Source: a bacterium (lineage in GTDB: Bacteria; Zhuqueibacterota; QNDG01; JAGLOF01). From it: a stretch of DNA of 64,000 nucleotides. The DNA lies in NCBI GenBank assembly GCA_023139105.1, contig JAGLOF010000052.1, positions 13,825-77,824 on the forward strand, in the 5' to 3' direction. How positions within the stretch are numbered: position 1 is the stretch's first letter; each line of letters starts with the position of its first letter. A program made the translations under genes and the position numbers. Below are positions 17,089 to 25,092 of the stretch, piece by piece. The notes below the pieces were generated by a model. It was given only the letters and a program-made list of their open reading frames with translations, ran no database searches and was not told the DNA's origin.

Positions 17089-17904
17089 TTACGATTTGAT
17101 AAGAGATGCCAGCTGAGTGGCTATCTCTTCGAAAGCTCTGGCTGTGGCACTTTCCGGTCTGTGAAGAACAGCCGGCTGGCCTATGTCCCCTCCGATACGG
17201 GTCTCGATCTCCATTGGGATGCGGCCCAGGAATGTGGCACCGGTTTCCAGGGCCAGTTTTTCACCACCGCCGCTGTCAAATATATCAATGCTTTTATCAC
17301 AGTGTGGGCATATCAGTCCGGACATGTTCTCAACAACGGCAATGCGTGGGATTTCCAGTTTTTTTGCCATTGTTACTGCACGGCGGCAGTCTGCCAGAGA
17401 TACGTCTTGAGGGGTTGTAACAACTACAGCGGTCTGGGGTTTCATACGTTGTGCCGCTGTAAGTACTTCATCACCTGTGCCGGGTGGAAGGTCAGCCAGA
17501 AGGTGGTCAAGTTCTCCCCATAGTACATCTCCCAGGAATTGTGTAATCACAGTGGAACGCAGCGGGCCGCGCCATATCAGTGCTGTGTCCGGTGGCATCA
17601 AGCTGGCCATAGATACAATTGACACACCATTTTTTTCCTGGGGGTAGAAGCGTTTTCCATCTTCATGTATCTTGGGTGAACCGGTGAGACCCGTCATTTG
17701 AGGGATATTGGGGCCGGTAATGTCTGCGTCCATGAGACCGACTTTGTGGTTCCGGTTTTTCATGGCATAGGCCAAATTGACGGCGACAGTTGATTTACCA
17801 ACGCCGCCTTTACCACTAAAAATTACTATTCGATGTTTAATATGCTTGAGATTTTCCTCAATGCGTTGATCCTGTTGCGCTTGTTGTTCCTGCTGTGTTG
17901 ACAT
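17089..17904 (-). CDS. Mrp/NBP35 (ApbC) family Fe-S cluster carrier ATPase
   Basis: 271 aa. Deviant Walker A SGKGGVGKST and the CPHC motif (GLICPHCDK). Confidence 0.9.
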   Translation of the reverse strand: MSTQQEQQAQQDQRIEENLKHIKHRIVIFSGKGGVGKSTVAVNLAYAMKNRNHKVGLMDADITGPNIPQMTGLTGSPKIHEDGKRFYPQEKNGVSIVSMASLMPPDTALIWRGPLRSTVITQFLGDVLWGELDHLLADLPPGTGDEVLTAAQRMKPQTAVVVTTPQDVSLADCRRAVTMAKKLEIPRIAVVENMSGLICPHCDKSIDIFDSGGGEKLALETGATFLGRIPMEIETRIGGDIGQPAVLHRPESATARAFEEIATQLASLIKS

Positions 17905-17919
17905 AGTTTTTATCCTTAG

Positions 17920-17968
17920 CTATTTATCATTTGTCATTTGTCATTTGTTGTTTGTCATTTGCTATTTG
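17920..17968. repeat. Seven tandem heptamers (consensus TCATTTG; CAAATGA on the mRNA strand)
   Basis: CTATTTA TCATTTG TCATTTG TCATTTG TTGTTTG TCATTTG CTATTTG. The array fills almost the whole 65-nt spacer between the IscU-like stop and the mrp start. Confidence 0.9.
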
Positions 17969-17969
17969 G

Positions 17970-18353
17970 TTAAAGCTTGTCCAGTGTTTTGTTGAGTGTA
18001 TGTACTGCCAGAATTGCACAGTGTAAGTGGCTGGCCGGAAGACCATTACAGGCATTGATTACAGCCTGGGGTGTAATGCTGCGGGCTTTAAAGATTGTGC
18101 ACCTTTTTGCCAGTTGTGTAACAGCACTTCCTGCAGCAAATGTGGCACCGCAGCCGTCTGTCATGAAAGAAATTTTATCTATTACATTGCCTTCCAGTTT
18201 AATCCATATTGACATACGGTCTCCGCATGGTCCGCGCAACAATGATACTGCATCATAGACCAGCATCTCACCCAGGTTCAATGGTTCCCTGGCCATGGAC
18301 AAAGCCTTGTCTGACCAAGCTTCAGTAATGTTGTTATATGTTGTCATCTTCAC
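17970..18353 (-). CDS. IscU/NifU N-terminal-domain Fe-S scaffold-like protein
   Basis: 127 aa. The three scaffold cysteines are in the expected contexts: GPCGDRM, TDGCGAT and ASHLHCAILA. Confidence 0.8.
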   Translation of the reverse strand: MKMTTYNNITEAWSDKALSMAREPLNLGEMLVYDAVSLLRGPCGDRMSIWIKLEGNVIDKISFMTDGCGATFAAGSAVTQLAKRCTIFKARSITPQAVINACNGLPASHLHCAILAVHTLNKTLDKL

Positions 18354-18699
18354 CTTTTACAGGTGGGCGGTCCAAACAATACCTACGTCGTCCACATGGG
18401 TGTTCCGGTTGATAATCAACAGTACCGCCGCCTATGGCAATGGCTTTACCATGAATGAGTGCATCAGCGGTATTTTTGCGGGCTCGGGCGACTATTCGTC
18501 CGAAAGTGGCTCTGGATACGTTCATTGCCTCTGCTGCTTTTTCATGGCTGAGGTTTTCCCAATCTGCCAGGCGTAATGCCTCAAGTTCATCTTCGGCCAG
18601 GGCCACTTGCTGAAGCTGGTGCATAGGTAGTCCCTGGGGTTTGAAGAGTGTGGCCTGTGGGCGATTACTGATCCAGCGGCATTTTGTGGGTCTGGGCAT
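18334..18699 (-). CDS. DUF134 (UPF0251) family putative DNA-binding protein
   Basis: 121 aa. MPRPTKCRWI...FKPQGLP...LEALRLADWENLSHEKAAEAMNVSRATFGRIVARARKNTADAL is the characteristic DUF134 pattern with a sigma-70 region-4-like HTH. It overlaps the next gene by 20 nt. Confidence 0.8.
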   Translation of the reverse strand: MPRPTKCRWISNRPQATLFKPQGLPMHQLQQVALAEDELEALRLADWENLSHEKAAEAMNVSRATFGRIVARARKNTADALIHGKAIAIGGGTVDYQPEHPCGRRRYCLDRPPVKGEDDNI

Positions 18700-18925
18700 A
18701 TTGCTTCCGTAATTAATTATTGATTAAATTTTTAAACAACCTTGTCTGAACATCCGTTCTGGATCTTAGAAATACTCCTTCTTAAATCACCGCCTCAAAT
18801 AATTTATTTGAAGAAGTTTGTTTTTAATGGGCATATGCTCATTAAGAGCTTACAAAAAACTTTGTTATATGTCAATGGCTTTTTTTATTATGTGTTGTTG
18901 CGGCATTAAAATCAGCCTTTTGAGG

Positions 18926-18954
18926 TTGACAAATTCAAGTATTATCAATATATT
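18926..18954 (+). promoter_or_regulatory. Sigma-70-type promoter: TTGACA, 17-nt spacer, TATATT
   Basis: TTGACA at 18926-18931 and TATATT at 18949-18954, upstream of the folK start region. Confidence 0.4.
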
Positions 18955-19000
18955 GTTAGCTACTTCATCAAGCAGGAAGTCGCATAGGAGAATTGAATAT

Positions 19001-19528
19001 TTGGGCCCCGTATTTATTGGCCTTGGCTCCAACATAGGAGACAGGTATAAGAATTTATCTGATGCCATTATTGCATTGGATTCTTTTCCTGGTAATGAGC
19101 TATGCAATATATCATCGGTCTATGAGACAGAGCCGTGGGGGTTGAAGGATCAGGCCGGTTTTTTAAACATGGTATGTGAGCTTCAAACTACTCTGTCTGC
19201 AGTAGAATTACTTGCTGCCTGTCTTTCAATTGAGCGCAGCCTCGGAAGAGAACGGCATATTAAATGGGGGCCGCGTTCCATTGACATTGATATATTGTTA
19301 ATGGGGTATGATATTATAAATAATAGAAACTTGCAGGTGCCACATCCACACCTTTCCGAAAGACGATTTGTATTGAGACCGCTTGTGGAATTAGCACCTG
19401 ATTATGTAGTACCGGGGTTGGACAGGAGTTTAATAGTGTTGCTGGATTGTTGCACAGACACTTGTGCAGTCACTGAGTTTAAAGCAGGGGATGATCTATG
19501 GCCGAGACCGCCGATGCAAAAGATGTAA
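19001..19528 (+). CDS. folK: 2-amino-4-hydroxy-6-hydroxymethyldihydropteridine diphosphokinase (HPPK)
   Basis: VFIGLGSNIGDR...VYETEPWG...GPRSIDIDIL...HPHLSERRFVL. The probable start is TTG 19001, 10 nt after AGGAG (18986-18990). The longest ORF (from 18818) adds 61 non-conserved residues. Confidence 0.85.
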   Translation: MGPVFIGLGSNIGDRYKNLSDAIIALDSFPGNELCNISSVYETEPWGLKDQAGFLNMVCELQTTLSAVELLAACLSIERSLGRERHIKWGPRSIDIDILLMGYDIINNRNLQVPHPHLSERRFVLRPLVELAPDYVVPGLDRSLIVLLDCCTDTCAVTEFKAGDDLWPRPPMQKM

Positions 19529-20154
19529 CTTATTTTGCTGTTGAGGGCGTCATTGGCGCCGGGAAAACCAGTCTTGCACGCTTGCTCTGTGAGCGTTTGA
19601 ATGCACGTTTTATCGGAGAGAAACCGGAAGATAATCCTTATTTGGACGACTTTTACAGAGATCCGCAGCGTTATGCCTTTCAAACTCAGCTGTTTTTTTT
19701 GACAAGTCGATACAAGCAGTTGCTGGAGCTGCCGCAGCAGGATCTGTTTCATCCGTATTTGATAGCCGATTATGTTTTTGCCAAGGATAAAATCTTTGCA
19801 TTTATGAACCTGGAAGAGCGTGATCTGTTACTTTATGACCGTATTGCAACCTTGATGGAATCTGAGTTGCCAAAGCCTGATCTGGTGGTCTATCTACAGT
19901 CTACAACAGACCGTTTGATGTTAAATATAAAAAAGCGGAATCGAAAATATGAGCGGCATATGGCCGGTGACTATATCAGCCGGCTCAATGAAGCTTATAA
20001 TGAATTTTTCTTTCGTTATACAGATACACCTTTACTGGTAATTAATACATCTGAAATTGATTTTGTACAAAATGAAGAAGATCTGGATGATTTGATGTAT
20101 CAGATTATTCATCCCCCTGTGGGAACACGTTATTATGTTCCTTTGAAACATTAG
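19498..20154 (+). CDS. Deoxynucleoside kinase
   Basis: 218 aa. YFAVEGVIGAGKTSLARLL P-loop, DFYRDPQRYAFQTQLFFLTSRY and an ERH-type motif. Overlaps folK by 31 nt. Confidence 0.85.
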   Translation: MAETADAKDVTYFAVEGVIGAGKTSLARLLCERLNARFIGEKPEDNPYLDDFYRDPQRYAFQTQLFFLTSRYKQLLELPQQDLFHPYLIADYVFAKDKIFAFMNLEERDLLLYDRIATLMESELPKPDLVVYLQSTTDRLMLNIKKRNRKYERHMAGDYISRLNEAYNEFFFRYTDTPLLVINTSEIDFVQNEEDLDDLMYQIIHPPVGTRYYVPLKH

Positions 20155-20163
20155 AGGTATTGT

Positions 20164-20340
20164 ATGTTTAGAATATTTATTCTTGCGATGTTAGGTTATA
20201 TGGGATTTAAATTTTTTAAAAATTTAACTGTTAAATCACCTGATTCGTCTGTTAAGGGTGAGAATGCACATAAACCTCTTGATTTAAGTGAGCAAGATGT
20301 TGCTGATGCCCAGTATGAAGATATGGGTGATAATAAGTAA
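20164..20340 (+). CDS. Small membrane protein (58 aa) with an acidic C-terminal tail
   Basis: Hand translation: MFRIFILAMLGYMGFKFFKNLTVKSPDSSVKGENAHKPLDLSEQDVADAQYEDMGDNK. GAGG lies 6 nt upstream. It is below the ORF-track length cut-off. It resembles small DUF4834-type proteins of FCB bacteria; this is from memory and unverified. Confidence 0.4.
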   Translation: MFRIFILAMLGYMGFKFFKNLTVKSPDSSVKGENAHKPLDLSEQDVADAQYEDMGDNK

Positions 20341-20398
20341 TCGCATGGATCCTGATAATCAGGGTATTCGTTGTAAAAACAATTGATATAGATGCCGC

Positions 20399-20824
20399 AT
20401 GTTGCGGTATTATAAAGATGGAGGTGTTGTGCCCCGAAAAATAATATCTACAAAAAAGGCCCCTGCTGCATTGGGCCCTTACAGCCAGGCAGTTCATATT
20501 GCACCCGGTCGGTTGATGTTTACTGCCGGTCAGGTGCCGCTTGATCCCAGGACGGGTGAAGTCGTCGGTGATTCCATAGAAGATCAGACCAGGCAAGTTC
20601 TTGAGAATCTGAAGGCCATTGTAGAGGCTGCCGGTGTAACGATGGAACAGGTGATTAAAACTACTGTTTTTATGAATGATTTAAATGATTTTACCCGGAT
20701 GAATATCATCTACGAAAGTTATTTTGGTGCTCAACCGCCTGCTCGTTCTACTGTTGAGGTTGCGCGGCTTCCTAAGGATGTAATGGTAGAAATTGAAGCT
20801 GTTGTTCAAGTGCCGGAGCAGTAA
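20399..20824 (+). CDS. ridA: RidA/YjgF family enamine-imine deaminase
   Basis: KKAPAALGPYSQAV...GQVPLDP...ARSTVEVARLPKDVMVEIEAV. The true start may be GTG 20429, just after GGAGG. Confidence 0.88.
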   Translation: MLRYYKDGGVVPRKIISTKKAPAALGPYSQAVHIAPGRLMFTAGQVPLDPRTGEVVGDSIEDQTRQVLENLKAIVEAAGVTMEQVIKTTVFMNDLNDFTRMNIIYESYFGAQPPARSTVEVARLPKDVMVEIEAVVQVPEQ

Positions 20825-20841
20825 ATATTGAATGGTAAATA

Positions 20842-21336
20842 TTGAAGTATTTTAGTACTAAAATGTTATCGCTTTGTATTCTTGTCGTGTTAGCGAGTAA
20901 CAATTGCATGGCTCAGAGCAATCAAGACACTGTAAGGGTTTCATTCCCCACTGTCAGAAAAGTAGTCTTCAGATCATCTCTGTTGCCGGGATGGGGGCAG
21001 TGGACAAATGGTGCCAAGTGGAAGGCGGCATTGGTAGTAGCGGGTGAGGCGGTTTTATTTGGTGTAGCCGTTGCGCAAAATCAGAGAGCACAAAGTGCTC
21101 TTGGAGATTTTAATGCCGCACAAGATGATATGTCAAGGAAAAATTTTGAGAGTGCAATGCTATTCTACCGTAATGAGCGTAGTCGGTTTTTATGGTATGC
21201 TGCAGGTCTATGGCTTTTAAATGTTCTTGATGCATTTGTTGACGCCAAGTTGAGACCATTTGATGTCGGGCCTGACTTGTCTGCAGGATTTGGTGGTTCC
21301 GCCGGGCTCTCATTTTCTTTAAGCTGTAACTGGTAG
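20842..21336 (+). CDS. DUF5683 domain-containing protein
   Basis: 164 aa with a TTG start and a signal peptide. The SSLLPGWGQWTNGAKWKAALV motif is typical of DUF5683. Confidence 0.65.
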   Translation: MKYFSTKMLSLCILVVLASNNCMAQSNQDTVRVSFPTVRKVVFRSSLLPGWGQWTNGAKWKAALVVAGEAVLFGVAVAQNQRAQSALGDFNAAQDDMSRKNFESAMLFYRNERSRFLWYAAGLWLLNVLDAFVDAKLRPFDVGPDLSAGFGGSAGLSFSLSCNW

Positions 21337-21363
21337 TGAGTAAGAGAGGCGCAGGTAATTGGT

Positions 21364-21498
21364 ATGACTACAGCCTTGGTTGTCGGAATTGCAAAAGAGT
21401 ACTATGACATTGGCCGTAAGGGGCACTCAGCCAGTGTTAAAGACATTGTCGCTAATGTAGCGGGCATTTTGCTCGGGGGATATGTATTGTCATGGTGA
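21364..21498 (+). CDS. Possible 44-aa ORF or gene remnant (YfiM/DUF2279-like C-terminal motif)
   Basis: MTTALVVGIAKEYYDIGRKGHSASVKDIVANVAGILLGGYVLSW. It is in the same frame as the DUF5683 gene but separated from it by the tandem stops TAG-TGA. The RBS is weak. Confidence 0.25.
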   Translation: MTTALVVGIAKEYYDIGRKGHSASVKDIVANVAGILLGGYVLSW

Positions 21499-22556
21499 CG
21501 TCTTCCGATTTTTCGTTTTATGAATCTGTGGGTGCGGTTCATCTGCATTCACTGCATTCTGACGGTGCTCTGGCTATTCCGGAAATTGCTGAGATTGCCG
21601 GAACCAAGGGTCTTGATTTTCTTATGTTTTCAGATCATAATACTCTTGAACCAAAACGCCACGGTCTTGAGGGATGGTATGGCCGCATTCTGGTATTGAT
21701 CGGATATGAGATAAATGATGAGGATGACAAAAATCACTATCTTGCATTCCGGCTCAATGAGGAAGTGCCGGGCCGCAAAGCTGTTGAATATGTTGCTCAG
21801 GTAAAAGGCGCAGGTGGCATTGGTATTATTGCACATCCCGCTGAAAAACGTAATTATTTTGAGGCTTATCCTCCGTATCCGTGGACTGCTTGGGATGCTG
21901 AAGGATATGATGGAATTGAAATATGGAATCAGCTGTCAGAATGGATGGAAGGGCTGACATGGCGTAATGCATTATGGAGGATTTGGCACCCTCTGCGTTC
22001 TATTCGTTTTCCGGTTCCTGAGATCATGCAGAGATGGGACAGGTTGAATCGTGAACGGAGAGTAATTGGTGTAGGCGGCATTGATGTTCATGCTTTTACA
22101 ATCAAATTAATGGGATTTATTCCGGTTAAGATTTATCCGTATAAAGTGCAGTTTAAATCCATAAGAACACATGTGTTTACTCCGGAAGAGCCCGGAGCTG
22201 ATGCCGGTTTTCATCAATCTGAAGCCGCTCTCTATCAAGGACTTGTTTCCGGACACTGTTTTGTCTCCAATTATTCCTTGGGAGATGCGCGAGGTTTTCG
22301 TTTTTACGGCGAAATAAATGATGAGATTGTCGTAATGGGCAGCAGACGTGTTTTTGATGGCACGTTGTCCCTTACAGTAACAGCGCCACAGCAGGGTCAC
22401 ATCTGTCTGTTGAGAGACGGAACCGTAATTGAGGAGGCTGTGGGGCAGTCGCTTCAATGCAAGGTAAACATGCCTGGCGTGTACAGAGTTGAAATCTGTC
22501 GAAAAGGCAGAGGATGGATTTATTCAAATCCAATAGTTTTAACAGGAGTTTTGTAG
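21492..22556 (+). CDS. PHP-domain metallohydrolase (CehA/McbA-like)
   Basis: 354 aa. GAVHLHSLHSDG...LMFSDHN...IIAHP...GGIDVHA match the PHP metal-binding motifs. Confidence 0.75.
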   Translation: MVTSSDFSFYESVGAVHLHSLHSDGALAIPEIAEIAGTKGLDFLMFSDHNTLEPKRHGLEGWYGRILVLIGYEINDEDDKNHYLAFRLNEEVPGRKAVEYVAQVKGAGGIGIIAHPAEKRNYFEAYPPYPWTAWDAEGYDGIEIWNQLSEWMEGLTWRNALWRIWHPLRSIRFPVPEIMQRWDRLNRERRVIGVGGIDVHAFTIKLMGFIPVKIYPYKVQFKSIRTHVFTPEEPGADAGFHQSEAALYQGLVSGHCFVSNYSLGDARGFRFYGEINDEIVVMGSRRVFDGTLSLTVTAPQQGHICLLRDGTVIEEAVGQSLQCKVNMPGVYRVEICRKGRGWIYSNPIVLTGVL

Positions 22557-22558
22557 AA

Positions 22559-23953
22559 ATGTGTGACAAACCTAAAGAATATTGTGGTATTATTGGTATA
22601 TTTAATCATCCCGAAGCTGCTGAAATGGCCTATCTCGGGCTTTACACACTTCAGCATCGCGGTCAGGAAGGTGCGGGAATTATCTCTTCAGATGGTAAGC
22701 GGGTCTATCGTCATGTTGGAATGGGATTGGTGAACGATGTGTTTTCATCGCCAAAAATTATACAGAAGTTAAAGGGCAATATGGCCATCGGCCATAATAG
22801 GTACTCTACAACAGGATCTAATGACATCTCTAATGTCCAACCCTTGCTTGTGAATATTCAAGATGGACCATTAGCATTGGGACATAATGGAAATCTTGTT
22901 AATTCAGGTTCTATCAGGCAGATGCTTCAGGATGAGGGCGCGCTATTTCAGAGTACTACTGATAGTGAATTGATTGTGCATTTGATTGCCCGATCCAAAA
23001 AAGATAATATAATTGATAAAATTAAAGATGCTTTGACACAGATACGCGGTGCGTTTTCATTGACGATAATGACAAAGGATCAATTGATAGTCGCTCGTGA
23101 TCCCAATGGTGTGAGGCCACTGGCTCTGGGTATGTTAGACCAAAGTCCTGTAGTTGCTTCAGAGACCTGTGCTTTTGACTTGATCGGTGCTGAATATGTT
23201 CGTGATGTAGAACCCGGTGAACTACTCGTCATCAATAAAAACGGAATTAAATCTCAGCAATTCGCCAAGGTAACCCGCTGTTCACACTGTATTTTCGAAT
23301 ATATATATTTTTCAAGGCCTGACAGCAGAATATTCGGACAGAATGTAGATAAGACGCGACGAAAACTTGGCCGCCGTCTGGCGCAGGAATACCCTGCCAA
23401 TGCAGATATTGTCATCAGCGTTCCGGATTCCAGTAATACGGCCGCTCTGGGTTATTCGGAAGAATCTGGAATCAAATTTGAACTGGGTCTTATTCGGAAT
23501 CACTATGTCGGGCGTACATTTATTCAGCCTCAGCAGGCTATCCGGCATTTTAATGTCAAAGTAAAATTTAATCCGGTTGCAGGAGTTTTAAAGGGCAAGA
23601 GTGTTGTTGTGGTAGAAGATTCCATTGTACGGGGAACTACACTTCAGGTGCTGGCACAGATTATCCGAAAAGCCGGCGCTAAAGAGGTGCATATCCGTGT
23701 TTCCAGCCCGCCAATCATGCATCCCTGTTATTATGGTATGGACTTTCCAACCAGGAATGAGTTAATTGCCAACCGTATGAGAGTCGATGAGATCGCAAAA
23801 CATCTGGGAGTTGACAGCTTGGAGTATCTATCACTTGAAGGCCTGAATAGTGCTGTGCCTGAAAAGGGAGTAGGTTATTGTGCAGCATGTTTCAGCGGTG
23901 ATTACCCGGTGAAATTTGAACGGAGCATGTCCAAGGAGCAGCTGGAGTGCTGA
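22559..23953 (+). CDS. purF: Amidophosphoribosyltransferase
   Basis: MCDKPKEYCGIIGIF (N-terminal nucleophile Cys after a short propeptide), GHNRYSTTG, VVVEDSIVRGTT (PRPP motif) and C-terminal Fe-S cysteines (CYYG..., YCAACFSG). Confidence 0.95.
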   Translation: MCDKPKEYCGIIGIFNHPEAAEMAYLGLYTLQHRGQEGAGIISSDGKRVYRHVGMGLVNDVFSSPKIIQKLKGNMAIGHNRYSTTGSNDISNVQPLLVNIQDGPLALGHNGNLVNSGSIRQMLQDEGALFQSTTDSELIVHLIARSKKDNIIDKIKDALTQIRGAFSLTIMTKDQLIVARDPNGVRPLALGMLDQSPVVASETCAFDLIGAEYVRDVEPGELLVINKNGIKSQQFAKVTRCSHCIFEYIYFSRPDSRIFGQNVDKTRRKLGRRLAQEYPANADIVISVPDSSNTAALGYSEESGIKFELGLIRNHYVGRTFIQPQQAIRHFNVKVKFNPVAGVLKGKSVVVVEDSIVRGTTLQVLAQIIRKAGAKEVHIRVSSPPIMHPCYYGMDFPTRNELIANRMRVDEIAKHLGVDSLEYLSLEGLNSAVPEKGVGYCAACFSGDYPVKFERSMSKEQLEC

Positions 23954-23970
23954 TATCATGAGGATATGGG

Positions 23971-24900
23971 ATGAGGTATTTTGTACGTTTATTTGATTGG
24001 CTCTTTCTGCTTCGGCCTACATTATTTTATCCAATATGGACATATTATCTAGCAGGTCATTGGAGTGCTAAAGCTTTTGGTCACGGTGAAAATGGTTTTC
24101 ATCGTTCAATGGGGCTTTTCGGATCTATTGCTGCCCTCTCTCTGGTAGTCGGAAGCATATACATATTAAATCAGATTCGTGACCGTGAGACGGACAGGAT
24201 TAACCATAAACTATTTTTATTGTCAGAAGGGCATATTCCTGTTGGCGGTGCCTATATTGAAGCAGGCCTGCTTGCTGTCATTGGCCTGCTCTGGGGGTTC
24301 TGGATTGATCAGCATGTGGGTTTTGTGCTCCTGGCATTATTGGCTATCTCGGGTTACGGTTATAATTATCCGCCATTTTGCTGGAAAGACAGGGCCATTA
24401 TGGGTCTTGTGACAAATGCTGTGTCAGGGTATGTTTTATATAGCCTGGGTTGGGCTACAGCCGGTGGCCATCCTGTGCTGCCCATGAGGGGGCTGGCATA
24501 CATGCTTGCCGGAGCATGTGTCTATCTTAACACTACACTCCCTGATCTTAAGGGTGATGCAGCTTCAGGAAAGATTACATTTGGTGTTAAATATGGTGTA
24601 AAGGCTACTGCCCGCTGGGCGTTGATTCTTGAAATTGCCACAGTAATTGTGGCAGGATATTTTAAAGAATGGATTTTATTTATTCCTGCATTAGTGGTTT
24701 TACCTTTGTATGTATGGGGGGCAACACGTTCAACTGTGGATGAAATAATGCGTGCTACCAAGTATTCGGTGCTGGCACTGGCTATTGGTGTCTGTGTTGT
24801 ATTTCCACTCTATCTTATCCCGGTGTTTGTTGTTTTTTTTATGACGCGTTGGTATTACAAAGCGCGTTTCAATTTTGACTATCCGAATTTTAAAAGTTAA
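23971..24900 (+). CDS. UbiA-superfamily aromatic/glycerol prenyltransferase (candidate DGGGP-synthase-like enzyme)
   Basis: 309 aa with about 8-9 TM helices. First Asp-rich motif NQIRDRETDRIN (NxxxDxxxD). Second motif LPDLKGDAASGK. Confidence 0.75.
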   Translation: MRYFVRLFDWLFLLRPTLFYPIWTYYLAGHWSAKAFGHGENGFHRSMGLFGSIAALSLVVGSIYILNQIRDRETDRINHKLFLLSEGHIPVGGAYIEAGLLAVIGLLWGFWIDQHVGFVLLALLAISGYGYNYPPFCWKDRAIMGLVTNAVSGYVLYSLGWATAGGHPVLPMRGLAYMLAGACVYLNTTLPDLKGDAASGKITFGVKYGVKATARWALILEIATVIVAGYFKEWILFIPALVVLPLYVWGATRSTVDEIMRATKYSVLALAIGVCVVFPLYLIPVFVVFFMTRWYYKARFNFDYPNFKS

Positions 24901-24909
24901 TGAAGGCCT

Positions 24910-25092
24910 ATGACATCGACAATTGAATATATCCGTAGCCGTTGTGATTTTTGCGGTACTTGTGTGGGCGTCTGCCCAGCTGATGCTATTGAACTGGATG
25001 AGGCGGATTTACGTATTGTGCAGGCAGAGTGTCTACTTTGTATGGCCTGTGTCAATGTTTGTCCTCTGGGAGCATTGGAGGAGAAATTATGA
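24910..25092 (+). CDS. 2x[4Fe-4S] ferredoxin
   Basis: 60 aa with two CxxCxxCxxxCP motifs: CDFCGTCVGVCP and CLLCMACVNVCP. The stop overlaps the start of the next gene as ATGA (25089-25092). Confidence 0.9.
   Translation: MTSTIEYIRSRCDFCGTCVGVCPADAIELDEADLRIVQAECLLCMACVNVCPLGALEEKL

Noticed and set aside
13658-17968. The short tandem arrays (7-9 bp units) considered as a CRISPR array or part of one.
   Set aside because: The units are far too short, are directly abutting with no spacers, and no cas genes are present anywhere in the window.
21334-21498. Stop-codon read-through or a split gene: the 44-aa ORF at 21364 is in the same frame as the DUF5683 gene.
   Set aside because: The two are separated by two consecutive stops (TAG TGA), which argues against programmed read-through. 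A shared frame has a one-in-three chance of occurring by accident, and the DUF5683 domain looks complete. I kept it only as a low-confidence small ORF or remnant.
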